IMG/VR virus record: IMGVR_UViG_2585427593_000001
Span: 56,832-120,831 of that record
DNA length: 64,000 nt
Source: a virus
Taxonomy: Duplodnaviria > Heunggongvirae > Uroviricota > Caudoviricetes
Strand: one strand, 5' to 3'
Of this stretch, positions 18,099-27,344 are shown one piece after another. Both the position numbers and the translations under genes were made by a program. The notes below the pieces were generated by a model. It did not search any database, was not told the DNA's origin, and worked only from the letters and a program-made list of their open reading frames with translations. Within the stretch, counting starts at the first letter, position 1, and each line of letters begins with the position of its first letter.

Positions 18099-19052
18099 AT
18101 GTCCAAGAATTACATGCTGATCGACGGCAACTCGCTCGGTCACTATTACAACAACGCCAAGCCGCTTCACATTGGCGAGTTCCAGGTTCAAGCCATTCAC
18201 GGCTTCCTGAAGGGCCTGCGTGCGCAGATCGCCATGTTCCAGAATTATCAGCCGGTCGTCCTCTGGGATGGCGCGTCGTGGCGCAAGCTCATGTTCGCTG
18301 CCTACAAGGACAACCGCGAGAAGCGCGAAACCAAGAACGAGATCAAGGTCCAGGACCAGAAGGACGCCTACAAGAAGCAGCAACCATATATTCGCAAGGC
18401 GCTGCGCTTCCTCGGCGTGCCCCAGGTCATGGCGCTCAACATGGAAGCCGATGATCTCGGCGCGATCCTAACCGACCGCTACACGAAGTCCGGCGCGAAC
18501 ATCATTCTCCTCACCGGAGATAAGGACTGGCTCCAGCTCGTCAGCCCCGGCGTCGTCTGGAAGGACTTTGTCAACGATCGGCTCGTGACGCATCGGAGCT
18601 TCAAGGAGTTCACCGGCGTCGACACCATCCGGCAGTTTGTCGAGGTCAAGGCGCTGGCCGGTGATATGGGCGACAACGTCGCAGGTGTCGGTGGCATCGG
18701 CCAGAAGGGCGCGGTCGACTTCATCAACCAGTATGGCTCGGTCTCGGCATTCACCAACGCCTGCATCCTCGAAAAGAGCATCGATCTCGCAAAGCTGCCC
18801 AAGAAGTATCGGGCGCTTGTCGATGACGAGGACAAGGCTATCACCTTTTCCCGCAACATCGATCTCATGGATCTTCGGACAACGGTGCGTCCCGCGCCCC
18901 AGGCGCTCGAGGTCGATAAGGGCGATCCCAGCAGGGAGAAGTTCCAGCAGTTCTGCGAGCTCCTCCTCTTTAAGTCGATCCTGAAGGAATTCGACAGCTG
19001 GATCTCCGTCTTCCCGGCTTTCCGTGAGCTGCCGCAGGCGCTTGCAGCCTAA
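18099..19052 (+). CDS. 5'-3' exonuclease / flap endonuclease (FEN, RNase H-like)
   Basis: LIDGNSL is the FEN N-terminal motif and TGDKDWLQLV is the FEN helical arch motif. Confidence 0.85.
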   Translation: MSKNYMLIDGNSLGHYYNNAKPLHIGEFQVQAIHGFLKGLRAQIAMFQNYQPVVLWDGASWRKLMFAAYKDNREKRETKNEIKVQDQKDAYKKQQPYIRKALRFLGVPQVMALNMEADDLGAILTDRYTKSGANIILLTGDKDWLQLVSPGVVWKDFVNDRLVTHRSFKEFTGVDTIRQFVEVKALAGDMGDNVAGVGGIGQKGAVDFINQYGSVSAFTNACILEKSIDLAKLPKKYRALVDDEDKAITFSRNIDLMDLRTTVRPAPQALEVDKGDPSREKFQQFCELLLFKSILKEFDSWISVFPAFRELPQALAA

Positions 19053-19071
19053 TCAACACGAAGGAGTAAAT

Positions 19072-20211
19072 ATGAGCAGTCCTGCAGATATCATGAAGGC
19101 TCTGACTGGCGTCATTGGGGCAAACGACCCCGAAGCGACCGTCACCGCCTATTTGGACAGCGGCTTTCCGCCGCTCAACAACGCATCGAGCTCCGATTGG
19201 GATGAATGCTTCCCGGTTGGTCGCGTGATCGAAATCGCCGGCCCGCCGTCGTCTGGCAAGACCGCGATCGCGACGAAGGCGATGGCAGCGGCGCAGGCTT
19301 TGGGTGGCGTTGCAGCGTTCCTCGATTACGAGCGGTCCTTCTCGCTGAAGCTGGCGCCGAACCTCGGCCTCGATACCACGCCCGGCCGGTTCGTCTACAA
19401 GAAGCCGGAAACCTTTGAGGACGGCGTTGCGATGTTCCACCTGATGGTGGAAACCATTCGCGAAAAGAAGCTCATCAAGGCTGATGCGCCGATCTGCGTC
19501 GTCTTCGACAGCCTCGCGGCCATGACGCCTCAGTCGACGCTCTACGACTCCAAGGGCAAGCGCCGCGCGCCGGGCGACCGCAACATGAACGACAACACGG
19601 CGCTGGCCCGCGCGACCTCGAACCACTTCGCCGGCATCGCCCAGATCGCCGAGAAGTATAACGTCTGCGTCATCTTCCTGAACCAGATGCGCACGAAGAT
19701 CGGTGTCATGTTCGGCGATCCGCGCAAGACGACCGGTGGCGATACGCCTGAATTCTACTTCTCGCAGCGCCTCTGGCTCACCTCGAGCAAGATCGTGGAT
19801 GAGAAGACGAAGGAAGTCATGGGCATGGAAGTGTCCGGCATCTTCATGAAGAACAAGGTTTCGCGGCCGTTTGTGAAGTCCAAGTGGCGCTTCATGTTCC
19901 AGGCCGACGGCACCGGACGTTTCGACCGCGAGCGTTCGTTGGTCGAGTTCCTCAATGAGCGTAAGCTCCTGCCGAATATCGACCCGACGACCGGCAAGGA
20001 AACGGCTGCCGGCTATTACTATTGGGAAGGCAAGCGGCTGACGCGTGAACAGCTCGCTCGCGCGGTCGAGGCGGAAGGCGATGCGGGCTTTACCAAGCTG
20101 AAGGCTCTGCTGCCGGCCAAGTATGTTGCGCCGGTCGTTGCCACCGCCGAGCTCGATGAAGTCGCCGCGACGGTCGGCGGCCTGGATGAGACCAGCGCCG
20201 AAGCGGCGTAA
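19072..20211 (+). CDS. RecA/UvsX-like recombinase
   Basis: A Walker A in a RecA-fold context (IEIAGPPSSGKT) and a Walker B-like VVFDSLAAM are present. ATG 19072 has an RBS. Confidence 0.75.
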   Translation: MSSPADIMKALTGVIGANDPEATVTAYLDSGFPPLNNASSSDWDECFPVGRVIEIAGPPSSGKTAIATKAMAAAQALGGVAAFLDYERSFSLKLAPNLGLDTTPGRFVYKKPETFEDGVAMFHLMVETIREKKLIKADAPICVVFDSLAAMTPQSTLYDSKGKRRAPGDRNMNDNTALARATSNHFAGIAQIAEKYNVCVIFLNQMRTKIGVMFGDPRKTTGGDTPEFYFSQRLWLTSSKIVDEKTKEVMGMEVSGIFMKNKVSRPFVKSKWRFMFQADGTGRFDRERSLVEFLNERKLLPNIDPTTGKETAAGYYYWEGKRLTREQLARAVEAEGDAGFTKLKALLPAKYVAPVVATAELDEVAATVGGLDETSAEAA

Positions 20212-20221
20212 ATGAGATGTT

Positions 20222-20260
20222 AGAAGGCGGCGCGGTAATTATTCGCCGCCTTCAACTTTC
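20222..20260 (+). terminator. putative terminator after the recombinase gene
   Basis: The stem GAAGGCGGCG/CGCCGCCTTC is followed by a weak T tract. Confidence 0.45.
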
Positions 20261-20272
20261 AGGAGTAATTGT

Positions 20273-20812
20273 ATGAGAATGAAGCCCTACTATCATAACA
20301 TCGGAGCTGGCATGTTTGTCGGCACCGAGGGTCGTGCTGAAACGCAACGTCAGCTGGCTCAAGACGAGCATTATCTGGTATTTCTGCCGATCCCGGAGAA
20401 GGTGCCTGAGACTCCCGAGGAGAAAGCCAAGCACGCCGATGCTGAAAGGGCTGCCTTGAGAACCCTCGTGACGGCGCACATCGGCCCGCAAGAGAGCCAG
20501 GTCTCATTTGGCCGTAATGATTTTTCGCTCGTCTCCCACTTTATCCCTGGGGAGTTTAGCGACCAGAATACGTCCGATTTCAGAGATATTACTTATTGGG
20601 TCGAACGGGTAGGCGCGGATCTTGGCACGATTCGGCTCGACTCCGTCTTATTGCGTCTGATCAAGGGTAAGCAAGGCTACGTGCCCGAGTTGGCCCGCTT
20701 TGTCGCAAAAGAAGGTGAGAAGGTTCGGGTCGGATATCTTGAAGGCCAGGCCCTGGAAACCGCGGTCAAGCAGCCGTGGGCCGCAGCTCGAGAGATCTAT
20801 TCCCTCTTCTAA
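20273..20812 (+). CDS. hypothetical protein
   Basis: An ORF with an RBS in a lower-GC stretch. Confidence 0.45.
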   Translation: MRMKPYYHNIGAGMFVGTEGRAETQRQLAQDEHYLVFLPIPEKVPETPEEKAKHADAERAALRTLVTAHIGPQESQVSFGRNDFSLVSHFIPGEFSDQNTSDFRDITYWVERVGADLGTIRLDSVLLRLIKGKQGYVPELARFVAKEGEKVRVGYLEGQALETAVKQPWAAAREIYSLF

Positions 20813-20817
20813 TCTCT

Positions 20818-20869
20818 GCGTTCCCGTGCCCAGCTTGCTATAAGTATCGTGTAATCAATAGCAAGCTGG
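20818..20869 (+). promoter_or_regulatory. phage promoter embedded in a 12-bp-arm inverted repeat (CCCAGCTTGCTA/TAGCAAGCTGGG)
   Basis: GCGTTCCC-N-TTGCTATAAG; the inverted repeat is read directly from the sequence. Confidence 0.5.
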
Positions 20870-20876
20870 GCACTCA

Positions 20877-21422
20877 ATGAAAGTTATTTCCATCTGGCAG
20901 CCCTTCGCCTCATTGGCGGTGAAGGGCTTTAAAACTTTTGAAACACGCACCTGGCCTGCGCCGGCTTCGATCATTGGTCAAACGATTGGTATTGCGTCCA
21001 CCAAGGGGCTGAAGCCTGTGCAGCGCGCCTATTTCGACGACGAACGCTTCAGGCAGTTCTACGCCGGAACCGGAATGCCGCCTCTCGATGAATTGCCGTG
21101 CGGCTATCTGCTCGGCACCGTGACGATCGATGAAAGCGTCCTCATGACCGAGGAATTCATGGACGAAGTCTCGGACGAGGAAAAGGCATACGGTCATTGG
21201 GAGCTCGGCAACTACGCCTGGCGCCTGGAACCGCGCATTTCGCTTGAACATCCGATCCCGATTAGAGGCGCACAGGGGCTCTATGAATGGAATGGAGTTC
21301 TTCCCGATGGCAGCGAGACGCAAGTTTCCGAAACCCCCTCAGCGCAAGTGGCCCAAGAAGGGCATCTTATGGACGTTCAAGCGCGGTCGAGCGGTAATCG
21401 GCCACGGCTGCGCGTTGTCTAG
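20877..21422 (+). CDS. ASCH-domain protein
   Basis: ISIWQPFASL...KTFETR is the ASCH N-terminal signature. Confidence 0.6.
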   Translation: MKVISIWQPFASLAVKGFKTFETRTWPAPASIIGQTIGIASTKGLKPVQRAYFDDERFRQFYAGTGMPPLDELPCGYLLGTVTIDESVLMTEEFMDEVSDEEKAYGHWELGNYAWRLEPRISLEHPIPIRGAQGLYEWNGVLPDGSETQVSETPSAQVAQEGHLMDVQARSSGNRPRLRVV

Positions 21423-21744
21423 TGGCGATCTGGTCTACGTCGCGCGTCGTTGGCGCGGCGAGATCTGGTGCGGCGGGGAGGCTTCCATCTCCGCTGCGGC
21501 CGCGGCCGGCAAGGATGGCTGGGCGCTCGATCATGACCACGTCCTCGAGCTCCGGCTTAAGAAGGTGAAATACGTGGTCTTTCAAGAGCGGGAGCGCGAC
21601 GGTGCCCGCTACATCACCACCCTCGAAGCCTTCACCGACCCGTCGACCCATCAGATGATGAACTACAAGGCTCGAGGTGGTGAGCTCCAGCACTACGTCA
21701 ACATGAAGCACTTCCGGATCGAGCCGGGCAAGGTGAAGTTCTGA
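21283..21744 (+). CDS. hypothetical protein (start uncertain, overlaps the ASCH gene tail)
   Basis: A long ORF in another frame. Candidate starts are ATG 21283 and TTG 21415, so the start is ambiguous. Confidence 0.3.
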   Translation: MNGMEFFPMAARRKFPKPPQRKWPKKGILWTFKRGRAVIGHGCALSSGDLVYVARRWRGEIWCGGEASISAAAAAGKDGWALDHDHVLELRLKKVKYVVFQERERDGARYITTLEAFTDPSTHQMMNYKARGGELQHYVNMKHFRIEPGKVKF

Positions 21745-21762
21745 AAGTCCCGCGCAGAACCT

Positions 21763-21818
21763 GACGCATCCCAATGCGCGCTTCGCTATAAGCTAAGCAA
21801 TAAGTAATTGATTACTTA
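21763..21818 (+). promoter_or_regulatory. phage promoter plus hairpin upstream of sbcD
   Basis: GCATCCC-N-TCGCTATAAG followed by TAAGTAATTGATTACTTA. Confidence 0.6.
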
Positions 21819-21830
21819 AACGAGGTTACA

Positions 21831-22919
21831 ATGAAGTTCGCCGTTCTCGCAGACATTCACGCCTATGGGTCGACCGTTTATTCCGGCACCGAAAGCGACG
21901 GCGTCAACACGCGCCTCAAGATCATCCTCGACGAAATGAAGCGCGCTGCCGCCCAGCTTGTGGCCGAGGGTGGCAAGCTGATGTTCATCGCCGGCGATAT
22001 CTTCCACACGCGCGGCGCCATCGACCCGGAAGTGCTGAATCCGCTGCGCGAAGCCGTCGAGCGCATCTTGAGCCTCGGCATCGATATCTACGCGATCCCC
22101 GGCAACCACGACCTCAAGTCGCCGGACAGCCGTGCCCTGTCATCACAGATCGAGAACCTCGCCCAGATCTCGCTCGCGGGCGGCGAATTCAAGGTCTTCA
22201 ACCGTGCGACTTCCCGCGAAATCGATGGGCAGTGGTTCGGTTTCGTGCCCTGGCGTAACACGATCGATGACCTGAAGAAGGATCTGACGGCGCTGCAGGG
22301 ACCGAAGGCTGCTGAAATGCACGTCTTCATCCACGCCGGCATCGACGGCGTTCTCTCCGGCATGCCGGCGCACGGCCTGACGGATGGTGACTTGGCTGCC
22401 TACGGCTTCAAGCGCATCTATGCTGGCCACTACCACAACCATGTGATCTTTCCGGGCGAGAAGGTCGTGTCGATCGGCGCGACCTCGCATCATAATTGGG
22501 GCGACGTTGGCACGCGCGCCGGCTTCCTTATAGTCGACACCGACGCCGATACTGTCACCTTCCACGACAGCCATGCGCCGAAGTTCGCAGACCTGACCGG
22601 CCTCGATGAGCTGGAAATGGAACTCGAATGCAGGGGCAACTACGTTCGCTTCCGTGGCCCGACCATGACCCAGCTCGAAATCAACGAACTGCGCGACCAG
22701 TTCCGCAAGTGGGGCGCGCTCGGCGTCTCGATCGAGGTTCCGAAGTCGACGATTGCCACCAGGTCGGCCAGTCCCGTGAAAGGCGTCACGGTCGATCAGT
22801 CCGTCGCCAATTTTATCGACGCCAAGAAGGACATTCCGCCGGCGATCGACCGGGCAAAGCTCAAGAAGCGCGCCCAGGAACGCCTGGACGAGTCCCGTTC
22901 AGTCTTCGAAGAAGCCTGA
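21831..22919 (+). CDS. sbcD: SbcD/Mre11-like nuclease (T4 gp47-like)
   Basis: Calcineurin-like phosphoesterase motifs are present (FAVLADIH, GDIFHTR, GNHD). Confidence 0.85.
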   Translation: MKFAVLADIHAYGSTVYSGTESDGVNTRLKIILDEMKRAAAQLVAEGGKLMFIAGDIFHTRGAIDPEVLNPLREAVERILSLGIDIYAIPGNHDLKSPDSRALSSQIENLAQISLAGGEFKVFNRATSREIDGQWFGFVPWRNTIDDLKKDLTALQGPKAAEMHVFIHAGIDGVLSGMPAHGLTDGDLAAYGFKRIYAGHYHNHVIFPGEKVVSIGATSHHNWGDVGTRAGFLIVDTDADTVTFHDSHAPKFADLTGLDELEMELECRGNYVRFRGPTMTQLEINELRDQFRKWGALGVSIEVPKSTIATRSASPVKGVTVDQSVANFIDAKKDIPPAIDRAKLKKRAQERLDESRSVFEEA

Positions 22920-22984
22920 CGCACTCCATTCGCTGATGTCGTAAAACGATATCAAGTCATTGAAAATTAATCAGGAATACGAAC

Positions 22985-23317
22985 ATGCAGCTTTATACGG
23001 TGCATTTCACGACCAAGCATGTCGTGAGCCAGTTTGACGACAAGGGCCGCAAGACCGGCGAATACACGACCGATATCGCCCAGACCATCAACGCGCTGCC
23101 GCTTTCGACCTGCCAGAGCTACAAGAAGTTCGATAACTGGCGCGTCGAGCCCTATTACGCCGATATCTCCAAGCGGCCGATGGAAAGCAAGAAGCAGAGC
23201 TTCAACTTCCGCGGCACGGCACCGACCAGCGGCAAGAAGGCGCCGGCGTCCTCGTCTGTTAAGAACGCCGCAAAGACCGGCGACCTGGCTGCCGCTATCA
23301 GCGCTGGGGCGAAGTGA
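22985..23317 (+). CDS. hypothetical protein ending KTGDLAAAISAGAK
   Basis: A small ORF between sbcD and sbcC that carries the shared TGDLAAAI motif. Confidence 0.5.
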   Translation: MQLYTVHFTTKHVVSQFDDKGRKTGEYTTDIAQTINALPLSTCQSYKKFDNWRVEPYYADISKRPMESKKQSFNFRGTAPTSGKKAPASSSVKNAAKTGDLAAAISAGAK

Positions 23318-25254
23318 TGAAGTTTCCTGAACTCGAAATACATAACTTCCTGGCGATCACCGACGCCAAGATCAATCTGTCCGATCGCGGCCTGGTCCTG
23401 CTGCAGGGCAGTAACCACGCCGACAGCTCGGCCGACTCCAACGGCGTCGGCAAGTCCTCGATCCCGGAAGCGCTCGAATGGTGCTGGTTCGGCGAGACGG
23501 CACGCGGCCTGGCCGGCGATGGCGTCATCAACAACGTGGCGAAGAAGGATTGCTTCGTGAAGTCCGTCGCCGTCGACGGGCATATCACTTATACGGCGAC
23601 CCGCTATCGCAAGCACAGGACGGGCAAGAACACGTTCACCCTGAAGTCGTTCGACGGCTTCAAGGAAACGGATCTGACGAAGGGCACCGAGAAGCTCACC
23701 GAGGAAGTCGCCCGCGGCATCATCGGCTGCTCGCTCGAGGTCTTCGCCGCATCGATCTACGCGGCGCAGGAAAAGATGCCCGACCTGCCGGCGATGACCG
23801 ATAAGAACCTGAAGGTCATCATCGAGGAGGCATCCGGCGCATCCCTTCTGGAGAACGTCTATCGGCACGCCGCGAAGGCACTGAACGATGCCGAGAAGGA
23901 ATTGGTGACGCGCAAGGCAACGGCTTCAGCTTCCCAGAGCCAGCTCGATTTCATCCGCAGCCAGCTGGTCAACGCTACGGCTCAGCTTTCGAGCTGGGAC
24001 ACGAATAGGGGCGTTCGCGAAGCCGACATCAGGGCATCCGTCACGCCGCTGCTTCCCGTCATCAAGAAGCTGAAGGAAGACGTGGACGCGATCGACAAGG
24101 CAGCGATCGAGGCTAAGATCGCCGACTGCGACAGCAAGATCGGACTGGTCGCGGAAGAGCAGAAGGGCCTGACTGCGCTCGACAAGACGCTTGCCGACGC
24201 CAAGGTCTATCTCGGCATGTATCAGAACGAGGTCGCAATGCACTCTAACGCGCTCACCCGCGCGAGTGCGGCGCTGGCCGGCGTCGAACATCAGGTCGGC
24301 TGCCCCTGCACGTCCTGCGGCCGTCCGTTGACCGATAAGGAGCTCGCAGCGGCCAAGGCAAGTAAGCAGGCAGACGTTGACGGCCACAAGAAGGCAGTGG
24401 CCGAAGCTGAGGAGAAGGTCCGCCTGCAGGAAAGCGCTGTAGACGACGCCCAGCGCGCTCGGAACGAATTTGCTGCTACGATGACTGACATCACTGCGGT
24501 CGCAACCCAGCGCGCTGTATATGACAAGCATCTTGCGTCCTATTACGACCTGGTGCGTCAGCAGACGAGTATTGTGAACCAGGCGAAGAACCTGCGCGAT
24601 CAGCTGATCGCGGTTCAGGCTGAAGCCAACCCGCATCAGAAGACCATTGACACGCTGACCAAGCAGGCCGAGACCGTCGAGAAGGCGCTCACCGAGGCTC
24701 TGGCGAAGGTCACTGAGCAGGAAGAGGAAGTCGCGCTTGAGGCCGAGGTCGTGAAGATCTACGGGCCGGCTGGCGTCCGCGCCACGATCCTCGACGACGT
24801 GACGCCGTTCCTCAATTCGCAGACCGCGAAGTATCTGACGATCCTGTCCGACGGCAACATCGAGGCGACCTGGACCACGCTCACTCCGGATGCCAAGGGC
24901 AATCTGAAGGAGAAGTTCACCATCGACGTGAACAACACGCTCGGCGGGGATAACTTCAAGGCGATCTCCGGTGGTGAGAAGCGCAAGGTCAGGATCGCGA
25001 CGGCGCTGGCGCTGCAGGATCTCGTGGCGACCCGCGCGACGAAGCCGATCGAGCTTTGGATCGGCGATGAAATCGATGACGCATTGGACAAGTCCGGCCT
25101 CGAGCGCCTGATGCAGATCCTCGAGGAGAAGGCACGAGAACGCGGCTCGGTCTTCGTCATCAGCCACAACGAGCTGCGCGACCATATCAAGCAGGTCATG
25201 CTGATCGAGAAGCTCGCCAACAAGACCACGAAGATCACGGAGATGGCAGCATGA
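23314..25254 (+). CDS. sbcC: SbcC/Rad50-like ATPase (T4 gp46-like)
   Basis: N-terminal Walker A (GSNHADSSADSNGVGKSS), coiled coil, CxxC zinc hook (GCPCTSCG), and C-terminal signature/Walker B (GGEKRKV...GDEIDDALD). Confidence 0.85.
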   Translation: MMKFPELEIHNFLAITDAKINLSDRGLVLLQGSNHADSSADSNGVGKSSIPEALEWCWFGETARGLAGDGVINNVAKKDCFVKSVAVDGHITYTATRYRKHRTGKNTFTLKSFDGFKETDLTKGTEKLTEEVARGIIGCSLEVFAASIYAAQEKMPDLPAMTDKNLKVIIEEASGASLLENVYRHAAKALNDAEKELVTRKATASASQSQLDFIRSQLVNATAQLSSWDTNRGVREADIRASVTPLLPVIKKLKEDVDAIDKAAIEAKIADCDSKIGLVAEEQKGLTALDKTLADAKVYLGMYQNEVAMHSNALTRASAALAGVEHQVGCPCTSCGRPLTDKELAAAKASKQADVDGHKKAVAEAEEKVRLQESAVDDAQRARNEFAATMTDITAVATQRAVYDKHLASYYDLVRQQTSIVNQAKNLRDQLIAVQAEANPHQKTIDTLTKQAETVEKALTEALAKVTEQEEEVALEAEVVKIYGPAGVRATILDDVTPFLNSQTAKYLTILSDGNIEATWTTLTPDAKGNLKEKFTIDVNNTLGGDNFKAISGGEKRKVRIATALALQDLVATRATKPIELWIGDEIDDALDKSGLERLMQILEEKARERGSVFVISHNELRDHIKQVMLIEKLANKTTKITEMAA

Positions 25255-25655
25255 CGGAGAAGATGGAGCCGGTTCACCCCGGCGATCTTGAGGATTTGCT
25301 CAAGTCGGCGTTCGCGGCCGGCCTGGGCATGAGCCAGTCCCAGCTCGACGGCGCCGACTCTTTCCGCTGGAAGGAATATCGCAAGCGGCCGGTCCCTATC
25401 AGCGTTCACCAGCGGGTCGAACATGCGCTGGCTCGTTCGGTCGTCACCGACGAAATGGTCGAGCGCGCGGCAAAGGCGCTCGAAAAGAAGATCAAGCAGG
25501 ACACCTATGGGTGGTCTGAGGAGGATTTCGAGACCTGGTGGAACAGGGATAGCCGGTTTTTCAAACAGGTTCATGTTTGGGGTTGGTTCAAGGGCACCGA
25601 GAAAGAGAAGTGCCTTTATGAGGCTCGGATCATTTTGGAGGCGGCCCTGTCATGA
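25251..25655 (+). CDS. hypothetical protein
   Basis: ATGA overlap with the sbcC stop. Confidence 0.5.
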   Translation: MTEKMEPVHPGDLEDLLKSAFAAGLGMSQSQLDGADSFRWKEYRKRPVPISVHQRVEHALARSVVTDEMVERAAKALEKKIKQDTYGWSEEDFETWWNRDSRFFKQVHVWGWFKGTEKEKCLYEARIILEAALS

Positions 25656-25815
25656 GCGGCTGCCTCTATCAGCTTCAGACGAACGCCCTGCCTGGTCAGA
25701 TCATGGTCATCGCCGGCCCGTTCGACACCTACGGTCGGGTAATCAAGCTCCAGGACAGCGGCTATCACTTGATCCGCGGTCTTGGTCATCAGAAGCCTTC
25801 GGAAAGGATTACCTC

Positions 25816-26109
25816 ATGAACCGTCGCGAACATCTGCTGACGATCCTCGGCGAGGAAGGTGTTGAAGTCTCGCAGCGCTGCTCGAAGGCGTTGCGCTTTG
25901 GCTTGGAGGAGATTCAGCCCGGCCAGGAGCTGACCAACGCGCAGAGGATCCGCGGCGAATATCTCGATATGTTCGCGGTAATGGAAATGCTGATCGAGGA
26001 AGGTTTGATCGCGCCTATTGACGGTCATGACCTTCAAGCGATCCGGGCCAAGAAGGCGAAGGTCGAGAAGTTCCTCGCCTATTCTCGCGATTGTGGGACG
26101 CTTACCTGA
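25816..26109 (+). CDS. hypothetical protein
   Basis: ATG has the GGAAAGGA RBS. The ORF is in frame with a longer track ORF. Confidence 0.4.
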   Translation: MNRREHLLTILGEEGVEVSQRCSKALRFGLEEIQPGQELTNAQRIRGEYLDMFAVMEMLIEEGLIAPIDGHDLQAIRAKKAKVEKFLAYSRDCGTLT

Positions 26110-26127
26110 GCCACCACAATATCTTGT

Positions 26128-26173
26128 GCGTTCCCTCGAAATCTGCGCTATAAAGTAAGTAAGCACTTATTTA
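26128..26173 (+). promoter_or_regulatory. phage promoter plus hairpin
   Basis: GCGTTCCCTC-N-GCGCTATAAAG followed by TAAGTAAGCACTTATTTAG. Confidence 0.6.
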
Positions 26174-26189
26174 GAAATAGGAGTATGAC

Positions 26190-26651
26190 ATGGCCCGGAA
26201 TTTGACCCCCGAAGCCAAGCGCATCATGGAAGAGGTCGCAGCCGAGATCGTCGAGAAGCTCAAGGGCGAGTTCTACGAAGTCGACGGCGTGCCGATGGCA
26301 ACCGTGAAATACGAAGCCGGCAACTTCAAGAAGAAGACGCTGATGGCTGGGTGGCTGTTCCAGCTCGAATACGCCTATGTCGGCGCAATGGGCAAGATTG
26401 TGTTCGGCCTCTCGCCGGAGGATGCCCAGGAATACAAGTTCGCTGAAATGAACCCGAAGGAAGTCGACAGCGCCTTCCCGCTCATCGGTGGAGCCGTTGC
26501 AAAGCTGTTCGGTCATGAAGGTGAAAACCTTCAGATCGTCCTCGATCAGGAGATCACCAAGCGCGCGGATGTGCTGGCGAAGGCCGAGGAGATGGAGAAG
26601 AAGCAGACGGAAATGGCTCTGCAAAACAACGAACTGTTTGGAGCCTTTTGA
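26190..26651 (+). CDS. hypothetical protein ending ELFGAF
   Basis: A promoter and hairpin lie upstream. It carries the shared C-terminal FGAF motif. Confidence 0.5.
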   Translation: MARNLTPEAKRIMEEVAAEIVEKLKGEFYEVDGVPMATVKYEAGNFKKKTLMAGWLFQLEYAYVGAMGKIVFGLSPEDAQEYKFAEMNPKEVDSAFPLIGGAVAKLFGHEGENLQIVLDQEITKRADVLAKAEEMEKKQTEMALQNNELFGAF

Positions 26652-27242
26652 ATGGGTAAGATCCTCATTGCCGGCCTCGACGGATCCCTTCGCAACTTTG
26701 GCGTAGCGACCGCGTGGCTGGACCTCGAAACCCTGAAGCTGGACATTCACCAGCTCACGATCATCAAGACGGAACTCTCGAAGGATAAGAAGGTCCGTTC
26801 CTCGTCCGACTACCTGCGCCGGTCGCTGGAGATCAAGAACGGCGTGCATCCGGCGCTGAAGGGTGTCACGACCGCCTTCTACGAAGTGCCGTCGGGCGGC
26901 CAGGACTACAAGTCTGTCATGGGCTTTGGCATCGTCATCGGCACCTATGCCGGCCTGCCGGTTCCGGGCTGCGAGGTCTCGCCCTACGAGACGAAGCTTG
27001 CGGCCGTCGGCACCAAGACTGCGTCGAAGGAGGAGATGATCGCCTGGGCCTTCGAGAAGTATCCGGACGCGCCCTGGCGCCTCTACGAAAAGGGTGGCAA
27101 GAGCTGGAAGAAGGGCGACCCCCATTCTGACAACGAGCACGTCGCCGACGCCGTTGCGATCATGGAAGCCGGCATCAAGACGCCCTCTTTCCTTCAGACC
27201 TTGGCAATCCTGCGGTCGCTCCCTGTGGCACAGGCGGCATAA
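26652..27242 (+). CDS. RuvC-like Holliday junction resolvase
   Basis: N-terminal ILIAGLDGS resembles the RuvC GIDPG motif. The C-terminal HVADAVAIMEAG resembles the RuvC DAADALAIAI motif. Confidence 0.6.
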   Translation: MGKILIAGLDGSLRNFGVATAWLDLETLKLDIHQLTIIKTELSKDKKVRSSSDYLRRSLEIKNGVHPALKGVTTAFYEVPSGGQDYKSVMGFGIVIGTYAGLPVPGCEVSPYETKLAAVGTKTASKEEMIAWAFEKYPDAPWRLYEKGGKSWKKGDPHSDNEHVADAVAIMEAGIKTPSFLQTLAILRSLPVAQAA

Positions 27243-27263
27243 CCTTTTTATTTGTCAAGGCTA

Positions 27264-27283
27264 GTAAGTAATCACTTACTTAT
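27264..27283 (+). promoter_or_regulatory. hairpin GTAAGTAATCACTTACTTAT preceded by TTGTCA and followed by CTATAG, upstream of nrdB
   Basis: A palindrome family member in an alternative arrangement. Confidence 0.4.
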
Positions 27284-27344
27284 CTATAGTGCGAACCCAT
27301 CCTCGTGATGGGTTCATCCAACCTCCGAACCAACGAGAATATCC

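Noticed and set aside
25789-26166. ORFs beginning MLTYFIAQ on the minus strand (also 30263..30718).
   Set aside because: The shared N-terminus is the reverse-complement translation of the conserved promoter/hairpin motif (CTAAGTAAGTGCTTACTTACTTTATAG). Only the 30263..30604 part, which has its own RBS, is treated as real.
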